Assembly: GCF_031769215.1 (NCBI RefSeq)
Contig: NW_026782625.1
Location: 1-64,000 of the forward strand
DNA: 64,000 bases
Source: Ylistrum balloti
Lineage: Eukaryota
Reading direction: 5' to 3'
Under the pieces are notes generated by a model, which was not told the origin of the DNA, made no database searches, and saw only the letters and a list, made by a program, of their open reading frames with translations. This document shows positions 11,771-24,430 of the stretch, piece by piece. The stretch's first letter is position 1; each line of letters begins with the position of its first letter. Both the position numbers and the translations under genes were made by a program.

Positions 11771-12683
11771 TATATAAAGATACATATATATACACGAATT
11801 AGACAAGGTGTTTGGGAGGGGGAAACGTCTTTTTTAATGACCACCCCTGCGGTATTAATCTTAGCAATGCAAAATAAGTAATATGATTCCAAAAGAACAA
11901 GAATAAAAATGGAATCTATAGTCACACTCATGAGCACCAAACACGTTCAAATTCATATCACACATGGATATAGAATATTTGCCTAAGATATCAATTTGAC
12001 CACGTATAATTTCTCTCATAGTCTTCACCAACCTGCATCTCCCGAAACAGTTCTTTAATTTCAATTCGTTTTATAAAAAATATTCCAATTCGAGTGGCAT
12101 GATGATTTTAAATACTTAACATGATATTAGGTCGCCGGTATGACAAACAACGTTTGAACAACTAGATATGTGGCAATCAAGTGTTATAAGTATGTATTCC
12201 TATTCTGTTTGGAAATCTGTTATCAATGAGGAAGTTTTGTTTCCTTATCCTTAACTGGTATTATGGGATTGTAATGCTGAAGTGTGATAAACTGGTGTTC
12301 CGTTTTCGGAAGTTATGGTTAATGTGTAGGTAGTGTTACCTTTGTTACAAGGAATCATATAAGTTCTTCTCGAAGCAAGGATTGGATTGTATAAGTATAA
12401 ACAGACATAAATCAGGTTATCGCACGCTTGTTTGAGGGAACAATGACATTTTTGTATGCACATCACTGATAGTCGTCGTAGTATCAGAATCAGGAAATTT
12501 AAACTTCACTTTTGTTTTTATCTGAGAATATTACATATTTTTTCTTTATTATCACATTTACAGAATGATAAACGAAACAAGACACACCATACACTTTTTA
12601 TACTAAAAAGCTTAAAGCATGGTATACAATGATGACATATAAGCAGGAACGTGGTTTTATTGAGGTTGATTAGTAAATGATAC

Positions 12684-12818
12684 CTTGACTGCAATTACTT
12701 CCCACCCAACCTTCCGTACATCCAGGTATTTTACATATCCCACTCCTCACATCACAGTCAGAGTTTTCACAATGACAGGTCTGTTTACAGTCTCTTCCAT
12801 ATGTGTTGTTTACACACC
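12684..12818 (-). CDS. Gene B EGF exon 9 (CVNNTYGRDCKQTCHCENSDCDVRSGICKIPGCTEGWVGSNCSQ)
   Basis: 135 nt, 8 Cys, acag/gtatc. Confidence 0.88.
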
Positions 12819-13890
12819 CTGTAATACAATTTCAGATACAACTCGATGAAAATACTAAGTCTATTTTATCAGTGTTGTTCTGTAGTATTTTACACTGTAT
12901 TAATATCATCGAAACTCGTCCGGTTTTTATTTTAGTTTATTTCATGGGGTTTTATTGTCTGTATATAATCACGGATGTACTAAATGTATCTTTCCTCTCG
13001 TTCCGATTACTAATATCCAAACATATTCACTGCGGATTGAAAAAAGAAACACTATCAACTGCGATTAGTATTATTTCCAATCGAACATATCTTCACATTG
13101 CAAAGGAACTATAATATTTTCGAATCCTTTGTAATCTTCATCAAACCAACATGTTTCTAATTTAAAAAAATCCTTTATTATTAGTTTATCAGTAAGCTCT
13201 TGTCAAGCGTTAACGAAAAGCAACAAAGAAAATACCGATTTGACTACCAATGCGAGGAAATTAGGACAAAATAGATAATATAAAGATAAACATATATATA
13301 CTTGAATTGGGTGTTTGGAAGGGGAAAGCCTTTTTTGGATTACCGGACCCGCAATATTAATCTTAGTTCCGCCAAATAAGTAATACAATCCCAAAAGAAC
13401 AAAAATAACAATGGAACATTTAGTCACACTCACGAGCACCAAACATGTCAAACTTCATATTTTACATAATAATATATAATATTTGCCTATAACATCGTTT
13501 TGATCAAGTACAATTTTTCAAGGATTGGATTGTATAAGTATAAACAGACATAAGTCACGTAAACGCACGCCTGTCTGTGAAAACAATGAAAATTTTATAT
13601 GCAAGTCGTTGAAAGCGGTTCCTTACATCATTGAATAAAAACTCTTTTGAACTGTATACCACAAACAATGATATCAGTAAAACAGCTATATTTGTAAATT
13701 ACTTGCGTTATGTCTTTTCATCACTGGAAAAATAAATAAATATGTCAAAGTTATTACATTTCTCATCTGTATCGGCAATAAGATATTTGTTAGCAAATTG
13801 CTGAGACAACGGAATGAGAGAATGCATCTAAGAACACTGCAAAATTATTCTTTATTCCACCCTAATAATGGCATAATTTTAAACAAACCC

Positions 13891-14024
13891 CTCCACTGCA
13901 ATCACTCCCAATTTAACCTTCGTACATCCAGTTATATAACATGACCCACTCTTCCTGTCACAGTCAGAGTTAAAACAAAGACAGGTCTGGTTACAGTCTC
14001 GTCCGAAGGTTTGGTTCACATACT
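13891..14024 (-). pseudogene. Gene B dead EGF exon
   Basis: 134 nt: first Cys to Tyr, 1-nt deletion in the TEG codons, donor GT replaced by GG. Confidence 0.85.
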
Positions 14025-14803
14025 CTATCATACCAAGTAAAATACATTATGTTATATCAATATTCTATCATTTCGTTATTCTGTAATCCACATGACTCCA
14101 AACGGATATCAGCAGCAAGTTGGACATTCAACATGAAACAGTTGCCGATATTTGCTCCAGAAACTCCATACGCGTATTTTATATATAATTCGAAGTTTTA
14201 TTATCGTGTATAAAACATATGGTTAAAACATTCTACGAACATTTTATCATTTACGCAAGCAAAAATCAAACACTATAAACATCTGAGTAATGATAAAATC
14301 AGTTGAGTCCGTCTGTCCGACGTAAACTTTATCTACCTTGAGATTTGTCTCGGTAGGTGTTTTACACTTCCTTAACCAGGACTTTGATAGCAATGAACAG
14401 AGAACAATAACAAGTAACCGCATCTTAACCAAATCTTATTTCAAACAAATATTCTTTGAAACAACAGAAATTTAAGAATAAATCCCCTGTATAAGTATAT
14501 AAAGAAGACAAGGTGTTCTGGAAGGGAAGTGTCTCCTGTTTCGTTGACGACAGCTACCATGTAAATCCTTGTCCATTCACGTAAAATGCATTACGATCCC
14601 CAATGAGAACAAGGTAAATAAAAATGAAACAGAAACCACCAGAAACACAAACGAGCATTGGAATCATCATTACAACCATACAATTCGAAAAAATCTTCAT
14701 CGGTCTTCACATATCCAAATCCTGTGATGTAAGTTATTGCATAGTTCGTGAATTCAATTCATTAAAATATGAAAACATGTTCAAAAAGACTTTAATGCAT
14801 TAC

Positions 14804-14938
14804 CTTGATTGCATTTACTTCCCATCCAACCTTCCGTACATCCATGTATGGTGCATGTCCCACTCCTCCTGTCACAGTCAGAGTAGGCACAGTGACAGGT
14901 CTGGTTACAGTCTCGTCCAAATGAATTGCTGCCACATT
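14804..14938 (-). CDS. Gene B EGF exon 8 (CGSNSFGRDCNQTCHCAYSDCDRRSGTCTIHGCTEGWMGSKCNQ)
   Basis: 135 nt, 8 Cys, atag/gtaat. Confidence 0.9.
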
Positions 14939-15637
14939 CTATATACGAAGCAGAAGACAGAAGATGATCATGTGACATATATTTACATTTATTTGAATTA
15001 TTGCTGTTGTAGTTTTAAGTAAAAACTTGCAATAAATTGCACAAACAGTTCATTATTTTCATTCCATATATCCCTAGGCAATACTGTTTGAACGATATTT
15101 GACAATTGAAAACAAAAACAATAAGCAACTAACAAACTAAGAGGTCAAAGAACAGCATAATATTTTCATGCAGAATTTTTATCATCAGTTGTCGATACCA
15201 TTCGATACCTTCATGCCTTACAAATTAGTGATAAATATTGTTTAGATAAAACGGTATCACTTTAGTGTCAGTCCAGTTGCATGTACCAAGTTCCTGTCTA
15301 TAAAGTTAACGGATTTCGGGTCAAGATGTTATCAATGTATTAATTATTGAAATCTTATGAAAGTTGTACCTGCCCTTTAAAGATCCCTTTTCTTTTTGTA
15401 GGGACTTTCGTTCGACTAAAAAAATACTATGGCACTTAATATATCACGATCGTGCTATAACCACCATTCAGGGATATCCAAATGACTAAGGCACATCCAA
15501 CGACAAGTAATTAAACAAGATTATCCCTTTGCGATTCCAGAAACCTGAATTGTTTTTGCGTAGTTATTTGTACGGTTTGATTACTATAATGTCATTTTAA
15601 TCTAAATGTTTGTTAACACAAATGATTTCTCTATTAC

Positions 15638-15772
15638 CTTGACTGCAGGTACTCCCTGTCCAACCTTCAGTACATCCTGGTATACTACATACCCCACTCC
15701 TCCTGTCACAGTCAGAGTTAGCACAATGACAGGTTTTGTTACAGTCTCGTCCAAACATTTTGCCGGTACACG
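15638..15772 (-). CDS. Gene B EGF exon 7 (CTGKMFGRDCNKTCHCANSDCDRRSGVCSIPGCTEGWTGSTCSQ)
   Basis: 135 nt, 8 Cys, acag/gtaat. Confidence 0.9.
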
Positions 15773-16302
15773 CTGTTACATAAAGTACACATAACAGAGA
15801 AATAAATAAAAAGTAAAACCTATATAACTGATGTATTGATCTTAATCATCAGGGAAATAATGATATGTCAACCAACATAAAGTGATAAAAAATCAGCCAA
15901 TCAGGTAAAGGCAGCCTCATTAAATGAGTGTGGAACTTGCCGTTAATCGAACTAGGCCAAAGAATTAAAGTGACAATATAGCGAAACTAGGAGAGATGCA
16001 CACGAACATCGAACACACCTTACGTATTGCATATTACGTACCAGTAGAAAATGTTGACACCATCAGACCTTAATATGTTAAAACTGTCAAAATAGCACAT
16101 GTCATTACCGATATCCAAAGTGTATCATCACGTCTAAATTACTGATAAGAACCGAATATTTATTAGCATGGATCTTACAACAAAAATTGAATACATTGAA
16201 GTAACAGATATTGAACTTCATTTTTGCTTCATCAGTGTAAAGCAATAGTGAAAAGATGGATATTTGACACCGCTGAGATTTACTTGATGTTATAGTAAGT
16301 AC

Positions 16303-16437
16303 CCTGATTGCACTTGTTTCCCATCCATCCCTCTGTGCACCCAGGTGAAGTGCAAATACCGTTCATCCTATCACAGCCAGAGATAGCACAATAACAGGTC
16401 TGGATACAGTCTCGCCCAAACATTTTGTCGGTACACG
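16303..16437 (-). CDS. Gene B EGF exon 6 (CTDKMFGRDCIQTCYCAISGCDRMNGICTSPGCTEGWMGNKCNQ)
   Basis: 135 nt, 8 Cys, acag/gtact. Confidence 0.88.
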
Positions 16438-18784
16438 CTGTTACATAAAGTACACATAACAGAGAAATAAATAAAAAGTAAAACCTATATAACTGATGTA
16501 TTGATCTTAATTATCAGGGAAATAACGATATGTCAACCAACATAAAGTGATAAAAAATCAGCCAATCAGGTCAAGGCAGCCTCATTAAATGAGTGTGGAA
16601 CTTGCCGTTAATCGAACTAGGCCAAAGAATTAAAGTGACAAGTCCAAACAGTTCTTCAAAAGGATATCATGCGGAAAGCAGCATCCAGGAGTGATTAAAG
16701 AAACCAGCCAATCAGGTCACAGCAGCCTCACTGCACGGAACTCGCCGTTAATTTTGGACAAAGAATTATTTTAACAAGTGTACCAAACTAGTGTCATCAC
16801 ATTCCTACCAGTCCTTCAAACGATATCATGCGGAAAGCAGTATGAGGACGAACGGAAGTACGTACGGACGTAACCGATTTGAATTTTTCGTTGTTGGGCA
16901 GGAGATAGAAATAGCGAAACTAGGAGAGATGCACACGAACATCGAACACACCTTACGTATTACATATTACGTACCAGTAGAAAATGTTGACACCATAAGA
17001 CCTTGATATGTTAAAACTGTCAAAACAGCACATGTATTAAAGAATGCTGTTTACCTTTGAGTCTTTTCTATAATTCTAAAGACAGCGTTTAGCTTAATAG
17101 GAAGTGTGGTTTACTCTTTTGATGCATAGGAAATGTCAAAACGTAGATGTATAGAAAATGTCAAAACTTACTCCAAGGTTTAATTCGTTAAACCTCGATG
17201 CAAGATATTAATACTATCTTCTCTAAATTACACTGTGAAATGTCATTTTGACAAAACATTTCATCTCTAAACGATATTTTTAAAATAATTTCTAACAACA
17301 TCAATACGATGTAGCAAAATTAGGAAACTTATACTTCTAACTTACGTTACTTTAAAAGCAATCAATTTATCTGATTTTAACTAGTTGATGATTGATAATT
17401 TTCAAAGTTACTAAGATCATAAAAATAGTTCAGAAAGTATGTGTAGGCTCTTGGTTATGTTTAAAACAAATTAAAATTTTACTTCATTTTATTTTCTTTA
17501 TCGTAATAACTTTCGGCCCTTAACATCATTGAGGAATCCTAGAAGCAAACAACACCTGTATGATTTGGTTAAATTTATTGTTTTGTCCCAAGATATCTAA
17601 CTCTAAAGTTGTATTAAAGAGTGTATTCAAGAGTATATACGATTTATGATAATGAATATATTTATGTTGTACATTGAAACTATTTATTTCATGTGTGTTA
17701 TCATTTCATTGAAATTCTGTGTTACAATATGCGATAAAAATGGGAGCGAAATGTAAAAGAGTGGGATGGTTGCAGCTTAATCGAGTACACCCGAAAACAA
17801 TCGGCGAAAACGGAACAGCAAATCGGCGAGGCGAATTTAGGTCACGTGAGAAAACAACAAAAAAAATACAAGGTCGAAAATTGGTAATGGAATTTGTTTG
17901 GCCCACCATCCCACTTTTTCGGTTATGATACACGTCCTTCCTAGTTATTTAGGCTCTATCTTTATGGCTATGTAACAACTATGAATTTGTGCATGTTATA
18001 ATGTAGGTTTGTTATTTTATGCTCCATCGTTTTTGTTATATTTCATACTCCATCTATTTGGCTATATTAAAATTATGATATTGATTATGTTGTAAATATG
18101 TTTTGTATAACATGATTGATATTGTTGTTACCATGTTTACCATGTTATGCGTTATTTAATGAAATGACATTACTGGATACATTTCTTTTTTCTTGTTATT
18201 GGTATAATATATACCCAAAAGCATAACTCAAGTCTTCACTCAATTATCGGGATGTAAATTATAACATGGATTAAATACTTAATACTAAACAGTTGATTAT
18301 TGGCTATTTACAATGCTAATGATGATAATAATTGTTTAATGATTATAAAAAAGTAGCTGGGTATGATTAAAATTAATTCAATTTTCACTTCACAAAGTAT
18401 GAAGAAACATATTCCGAGATTTATCGCGTCTAATATATCATATCATTACATCATATCATGAAGGAAAATATTACTGAAAGCAAATTTCTAGATTTTTAAA
18501 CTTTCTGGAATTCATAATTTCATCGGACTTAATTGCAGATGGCCTGATGGTCTGGTAAATATGGATATTACAATGTATACAAATCCTTTTTTGACGTTCA
18601 GCATTATAACATATATTTCAGTTCAAATAATGAACCTGCATAATTGACTGATCTGTATATGTCCTTCTAAATAAAAATATTTATTAATGTTTCCTTGTCA
18701 AAAAACCACTATGGCATACATAAATCAATCAACTTCCATGAGATGGTCTCGGTGTTCAAAGTAACAGCGAATATAACATGGAGG

Positions 18785-18930
18785 TTAAGAATGTTATTGC
18801 GCTTGCAGACAAGGCGTACAATAAATTGATCCTATCTGAAGACATTACATCGTTGCATTTCCTGTATACACAACGAACTAGACTGGCTTGATAAAGAACA
18901 ACTCCCAACTTTACACTATTCAATCATTTC
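18785..18930 (+). mobile_element. Possible degraded Penelope-like RT fragment
   Basis: Short translations KNVIALADKAYNK and DKEQLPTLHY resemble recalled motifs VVVPADKAxNN and LPxLYW; no search was run. Confidence 0.3.
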
Positions 18931-21260
18931 AAAGAGGAAACACTTACTAAACATGTGTCAGTATGATAATAACTCAAATTGCCTTCCTCCGTTTCCCTTA
19001 ATGAGACAAACCATTCGGCCCCAGAGAGTCACACCAAACCTTTATACAAAATTTTGCAGCCGCCTCCCAGACGTCAAAATATAGACCGTTAGCATTGTTT
19101 GGCTCTATTTTACAGAACCAAATTTGTATTGAAAAGATGTTGTTCATATGTTTTTGTTCTACAATCGTCCTATTTTTTTTCCGTCCTAGAAGGCCAAAAC
19201 ATATCTACAAAATAGATTTCTAATCACCCAAGAGTATGTAAGACCAAATTGTAACAAAACCAAAGCATTCCTATGGAAGAAGGATTTTAAAGAATTTATT
19301 TTAATTGGCTTATTGGCCCAAAAAATATTCAACCAAACACCTGTCATTCCTTCAGTAAAAAAAAGAATTCTAAATAATTTGCTCTATTTCCCCATTTGAG
19401 TCTAGACTTTCCCGCCCGTTCGGGCTGAGTCTCAATTTGTACAAAATTTAGTCTCCTTCACCAAAGATGACAACCACCACGTGAGTCTTTTTCATTTCAA
19501 GGGTGTAAAAAGGGGTACTAAAACATAAGGCTTATTAGAGAGCATCAAACATATCCAACTTCAATCCATACGGATATATGATATTCCCCCAAATGTCCCT
19601 GTAATACCTGTGATGCATGTATGTTTCTATCTAAGCATGGAAAATCCCATTCATAATAGGGAAATATAAATCATTGCGCTTATCTTACAAACTGGAGGAA
19701 AACGGACCATATTTGTTTCATTATGGAAATTATCGAGGTAAACTGAACCTGTTTTTCCCTTTGTTTTTCAACTGAGATGATATATACGATGAACATGAGT
19801 CTTAAATTTCTTGTCTTTAAAACATAACATCATTAACATATTTGGAAAGGACACTGAAGGCCTTTGCAAGATAAATGCGGCCATGAGGTCGCTCAGTTTG
19901 CTTCCGTAGATATGTAAAAAAAAATCTTGGAAGATATTACTACTACACTGTACGAAGATCTTATACACCAGTAATTAGATGACAGTACTTATGTTTCAAT
20001 TTTACATTATCTCTTCCTTTAATTGGACGTATTTTTTCAGGAAATTCCCTTCATAATAAACTCATGATAAAGGTTTGGTTAAACTAAACGTATGAACAAC
20101 AAAACGTCGTTAAATGTAATTAAAAACACAGCCAATTAACCTTTCAAAAACAGTCTTGGACATGAAGGCGCTTCACAAGTGACACAGTTCGAATAGGATT
20201 CGAAGGTGAGATGTGCATTTTTCATTTTTGTGTTTTGATATCTATTTCCTGGAAAATGTATTTCGTGTCTGAAGAAAAGTTGATATATACAGATACATTG
20301 TGTTACGTTTCTTACCGTCCTCTCAGCTGACTTTTCAGAAACGTGCAGTTACTGCATTGAATATTGATAACGTTTTGACAGTTTTTGAATTCGTACGGTC
20401 AGATTGAAATACAACTCCTACTGATGGTTTTTAATCATAAACCCTTCCCATTTAAATAGAACGTTACAAAAAACAGCAAGAACATAATGATCATAATCTA
20501 AACTCAAATTCAATAAAACTAGAGTAAAACATGAACAGAAAAAAAAATTACATGAAGACTTCTGAAAAGGTAAAAAGAGAATAAAACCAGGGTTTTCGAA
20601 GAATAAGTGTCTTCTGCTTCATGGACGACACTCCACATATAAATCTTGGTCAATCCAAGCAGGTACTGTTACGTTCTCAAAGGACAACAAGGTATACCGC
20701 GATGTAATAAACAAGCAAACTTACAGGCATAAAACAAATCAAGCTTCTTATCGCATCAATAAATATTTCTCAATGAGATCACTATCACGGCCATAAAACT
20801 TCCCAATAAGTTACATCAACCTGCACCTTTTGAAACCCTGTGTTACGAGTTTGTCCGTCAGTTGACGACTTCTTGAAAATTATGATAGTAAGAACAAGCC
20901 TTTAAATATCGAATCAGTTGCGACAAGATGGAAACACACTAGGTTTGGGCGGCAGAAATGTTTAAATTAGAAATGGAAATCTCACAATAGGTTCGTGGAA
21001 AACTGTCAGTGTTGGTTTCAAGGAAAAGATCTACATCAGTAGCTGTCGTAGAGATTTTCTCTTTAGAATTACTTCAAGTAAAGAAAAATATGATTTTTTA
21101 TTAGTGCAAGGTAGCACTGATGAAAAGAAATATCACTGAGAGCAACAGGGATTCGTTTTATAAGCCGTAAAGTCTTAAATAATTGACATGAATTATACAA
21201 TTACAATTGTATACAATTGTTGAGCAATGTTTCCATGCACTCAATTACATGATTTATTAC

Positions 21261-21395
21261 CTTGGCTACATGTGCTACCCATCCATCCTTCCCTACAGCC
21301 AGGTAAAGTACAGACACCGTTCGTCCTATTACAGTCAGAGTCAGCACAATGACATGTCTGGATACAGTCTCGGCCAAACATATAATTGGCACACT
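21261..21395 (-). CDS. Gene B EGF exon 5 (CANYMFGRDCIQTCHCADSDCNRTNGVCTLPGCREGWMGSTCSQ)
   Basis: 135 nt, 8 Cys, tttag/gtaat. Confidence 0.9.
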
Positions 21396-21667
21396 CTAAA
21401 AGGTAAACATTACACTGTTCATTTGAGGTTTCGTTGAATTAAAAAATAGTTTATTTATATTTCAATCATAACAAAACGTTTGCTTGTTTCTGCGTTTTAT
21501 ATAAAAAAAAATATTAACAACAAATACAAAATTGATAGAAGTCTATGTATTTAAAAGTCTGAGTCACATGAATAACACAATTACTTTTAACAACTTTCTT
21601 CACAATACCCTATTATATATTACTGACCGTAAAACCATATAGAGTTATAACAATTACAGAGCATTTA

Positions 21668-22909
21668 CTACCGATGAAGGGAAGGTGTGAACGACACACT
21701 TACTATAGTATTGAACAAAGTATTGACACTATTGTATTGAAGTATTCAAATAATCGAGTCAAGTATACAACGACCTCTGTGATTGGTCGGGGGCGGAGTT
21801 TAGACAACCTGAATAGTTGATCTGACACCCAATTTGTTCCGGTAGGCGGAGTTAATGTACACTATCAGTTACATAACAATTACTAAGTAATCGCTGGAAA
21901 AATGTCCGACGACGGCAACAGTACGCAAAATTTTCTTCGACGAAATTATGTCCGATACGAACGATATGGGGAATCCTGTTTTTGTACAAGGCGATGTGGT
22001 TGTGATGGATAATTGTGGATTCCATCACCATAGACAGGGAGAGCGCATTTTAAGAAATATGCTGAAAGAATATGGCGTGTCCCTGGTTTTTCAGCCGCCT
22101 TATTCCCCGGAATACAACGTAACTGAATATGTATTCAATGTCATGAGACAGAGGCTTCGGGCAAATACCCGACTTGTGTCAGAATTTCTGGAACTTGCAG
22201 TAGTAAATGCTCTAGATATTCCGCCCAACCAACTTCAAAGTTTTTCACATGTTGCGGATATGTATAATTTTCGATGGAAAGATAAAAAATAAAATAAAAA
22301 ATATATGGGACCACAGAATTCCTTTATTTTTTAATGCAGTATGAATTATCGGCATATATCAGGAGGTCCCAGGTAATTCGTAATTCTTTGTTACATATAG
22401 CCAACCCTCCCCCCCCCCCTTTCAAAAAATAAATAAATAAATAAATAAAACTAGTACAGAATGACTATATGACTATATTCACTGTTAAGATGTTATGAAT
22501 TCTCCGGTCCCAGTGATCTAACCTGTTGATATATATTTTGTACGTAAATTAGTTTAGTACTGAGTAACTTTCGTTTTCTCGTTGTACCATCGATGGAAAA
22601 GCAAGGTATCATTGGGTGTAGAACGAAACAAATGGGACAACCCAATTAGGTCTGATCTGAAGCCACCTGTGACTCGGACTCTTCCAATTAACCTCTCGCG
22701 ACAGTCGAGTGTTTGTAAAATGCCGATGTCTGCACAGTATTTTTTCACCTGGCTCCACCCACAATCGATCTAGACTTGGCTCTGCCAATCAGAGAGCTTG
22801 TTGCATAAATTTAAGGAATTCGATTGGTGAAGTACTTCAGTACAATACTATCAATACTTTGTTCAGTACTACAGTACTTGAAACGTTCACACCTTCCCTT
22901 CATCGGTAG
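21668..22909 (+). mobile_element. Internally deleted IS630/Tc1/mariner DNA transposon, 1242 bp
   Basis: 26-bp perfect TIR CTACCGATGAAGGGAAGGTGTGAACG extending imperfectly to about 135 bp, TA target duplication, a DDE fragment, and an empty site near 24550-24570. Confidence 0.9.
21948..22292 (+). pseudogene. C-terminal fragment of DDE transposase (IS630/Tc1-like)
   Basis: GDVVVMDNCGFHH...LVFQPPYSPEYNVTE; 38 residues between the second D and the E; the first D and the DNA-binding domain are deleted. Confidence 0.88.
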
Positions 22910-23164
22910 TAAATATGTTAACAAACAGTCCCTCTCACAGCATATATGCTACGAGTAGAGGACTCGACTCATCATTTGTGAGTAAGTGTGAGAAAATTAA
23001 AGACACAATTTTATATCATACCAGCATATGTAATGTTTTCATTTTGTAAATAATACTTGTTTGTTAATGCTATCATCCAGGTTCCTCGAGTACAACAGAC
23101 ACTTACACTAACAATGATATGTGCTTATGATTTCGTCACTATAAAGTAAAAAATAAGAATCTAC

Positions 23165-23299
23165 CTTGGTCACAAGAATTACCCATCCAGCCAGTAGAAC
23201 ATCCCAGGATAAGACACTCTCCCGTCATTTTGTGACAATCGGATGTGGCACAGTGGCAACTCTGACTACAGTTTTGTCCAAATTTACCTCGTTCACAGA
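23165..23299 (-). CDS. Gene B EGF exon 4 (CERGKFGQNCSQSCHCATSDCHKMTGECLILGCSTGWMGNSCDQ)
   Basis: 135 nt, 8 Cys, ttcag/gtag. Confidence 0.9.
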
Positions 23300-23559
23300 C
23301 TGAAAAAGTACATCGGTGATATGATATAAAAGTGTAATTAATTATTTGTATCTTGGTGAGATTTCTGATCTACTGCTGTCATACCTGAACGACATCTATT
23401 ACGACACCTTCTTGTTCTGCAATACGATACTGCCATGCTTAACAGGGATAATGTAATTATGTTTACATCTGATACATCATAAAATGACAGGGAAACTTCC
23501 ATTGCAAAACAAGGAAAGTTACCAATCTTTCTATATTTAAAGAAATGGACGCGCGGCTT

Positions 23560-24430
23560 CACCTGAGGGTTTTTATGTGAACAGAAAAAAATTCAAACAG
23601 TCGTTTCCACAAACATGGTTAGCCGATTTGAGGACCACGGTGTGGATGACCTTATTGACGCCGAGAAAATTTAAATCCATTAAGATAAACCTTTCAGGAG
23701 TACCTTTATAAATCTTCTGTTCATATTTTCCCCTAGTTTTATTGAATTTGAGTTTCGATTATGGTTATCGTAAACATTGGTATTTTCTTATTTTGACACA
23801 GCATGACAATGAAGGAATTCATGGGAACACGATACAGTGAGTTAAGAAACTTTAAAAAGAAAATATGCCAATGAACGATATTGATAGTTTTCAAATTCAA
23901 AGGAATGATTAGGATGTTAAAGGAGGCACCAATATGGCTTCCAGATTATGAGGAACGCTGGTGTAGTATTTACCGTAAAAAGGAATGAGGTAAAGGCCAA
24001 ACAAAACAATTTCTATATAAGAAGAAAAGTGCTCCAAACCAATCAGGACATGTTCCTCAAAGCTGAAGATATTGAAAGAGATTTCGTTACTGGCTAGTTA
24101 GATTATGGTTCCCCTATGGTGTATAAACCACATCCTTTATTCAGAAATGAGAAGATGTTTAGTGAAACATCATAATATGTGTTTGGGGAGCTAGAATTAG
24201 ATACAAAAAACAGATATAGAATATTAATAGTGCCATGAAACTTTAACGTAAACTTCTATTGGTAGACATATCGATAACATTCGGTCATGTGTCCCATAAA
24301 TGTACTCGGATCAGTCAAATCTTGAAAGTTGTCCTGTGTTTTACACAAATTCTTATGTAGCAAAATTATTGAAATGTTCTGGACACATTCCTGATTGTAG
24401 CGTCGACCAATAGCAAAAGCCCAAAATCTA
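23560..24430 (+). mobile_element. Possible degraded Crypton-like tyrosine-recombinase element
   Basis: Interrupted fragments MVSRFEDHGVDDLIDAEK, AGVVFTVKRNEV and NLESCPVFYTNSYVAK resemble recalled Crypton/DUF3504 motifs. Confidence 0.35.

Larger units (their letters stand above)
9430..13520 (+). repeat. About 2.4-kb tandem exon-cassette duplication (9430-10830, 11775-13290, partial third copy from 13290)
   Basis: Colinear intron similarity and an exon offset of 2418 bp; also paralogous to 50410-51170. Confidence 0.9.

Noticed and set aside
17755-17920. Short inverted repeat (GTGGGATGGT/ACCATCCCAC) around a CpG-rich patch
   Set aside because: Only about 14 bp, no TSD or second copy; insufficient to call a MITE.
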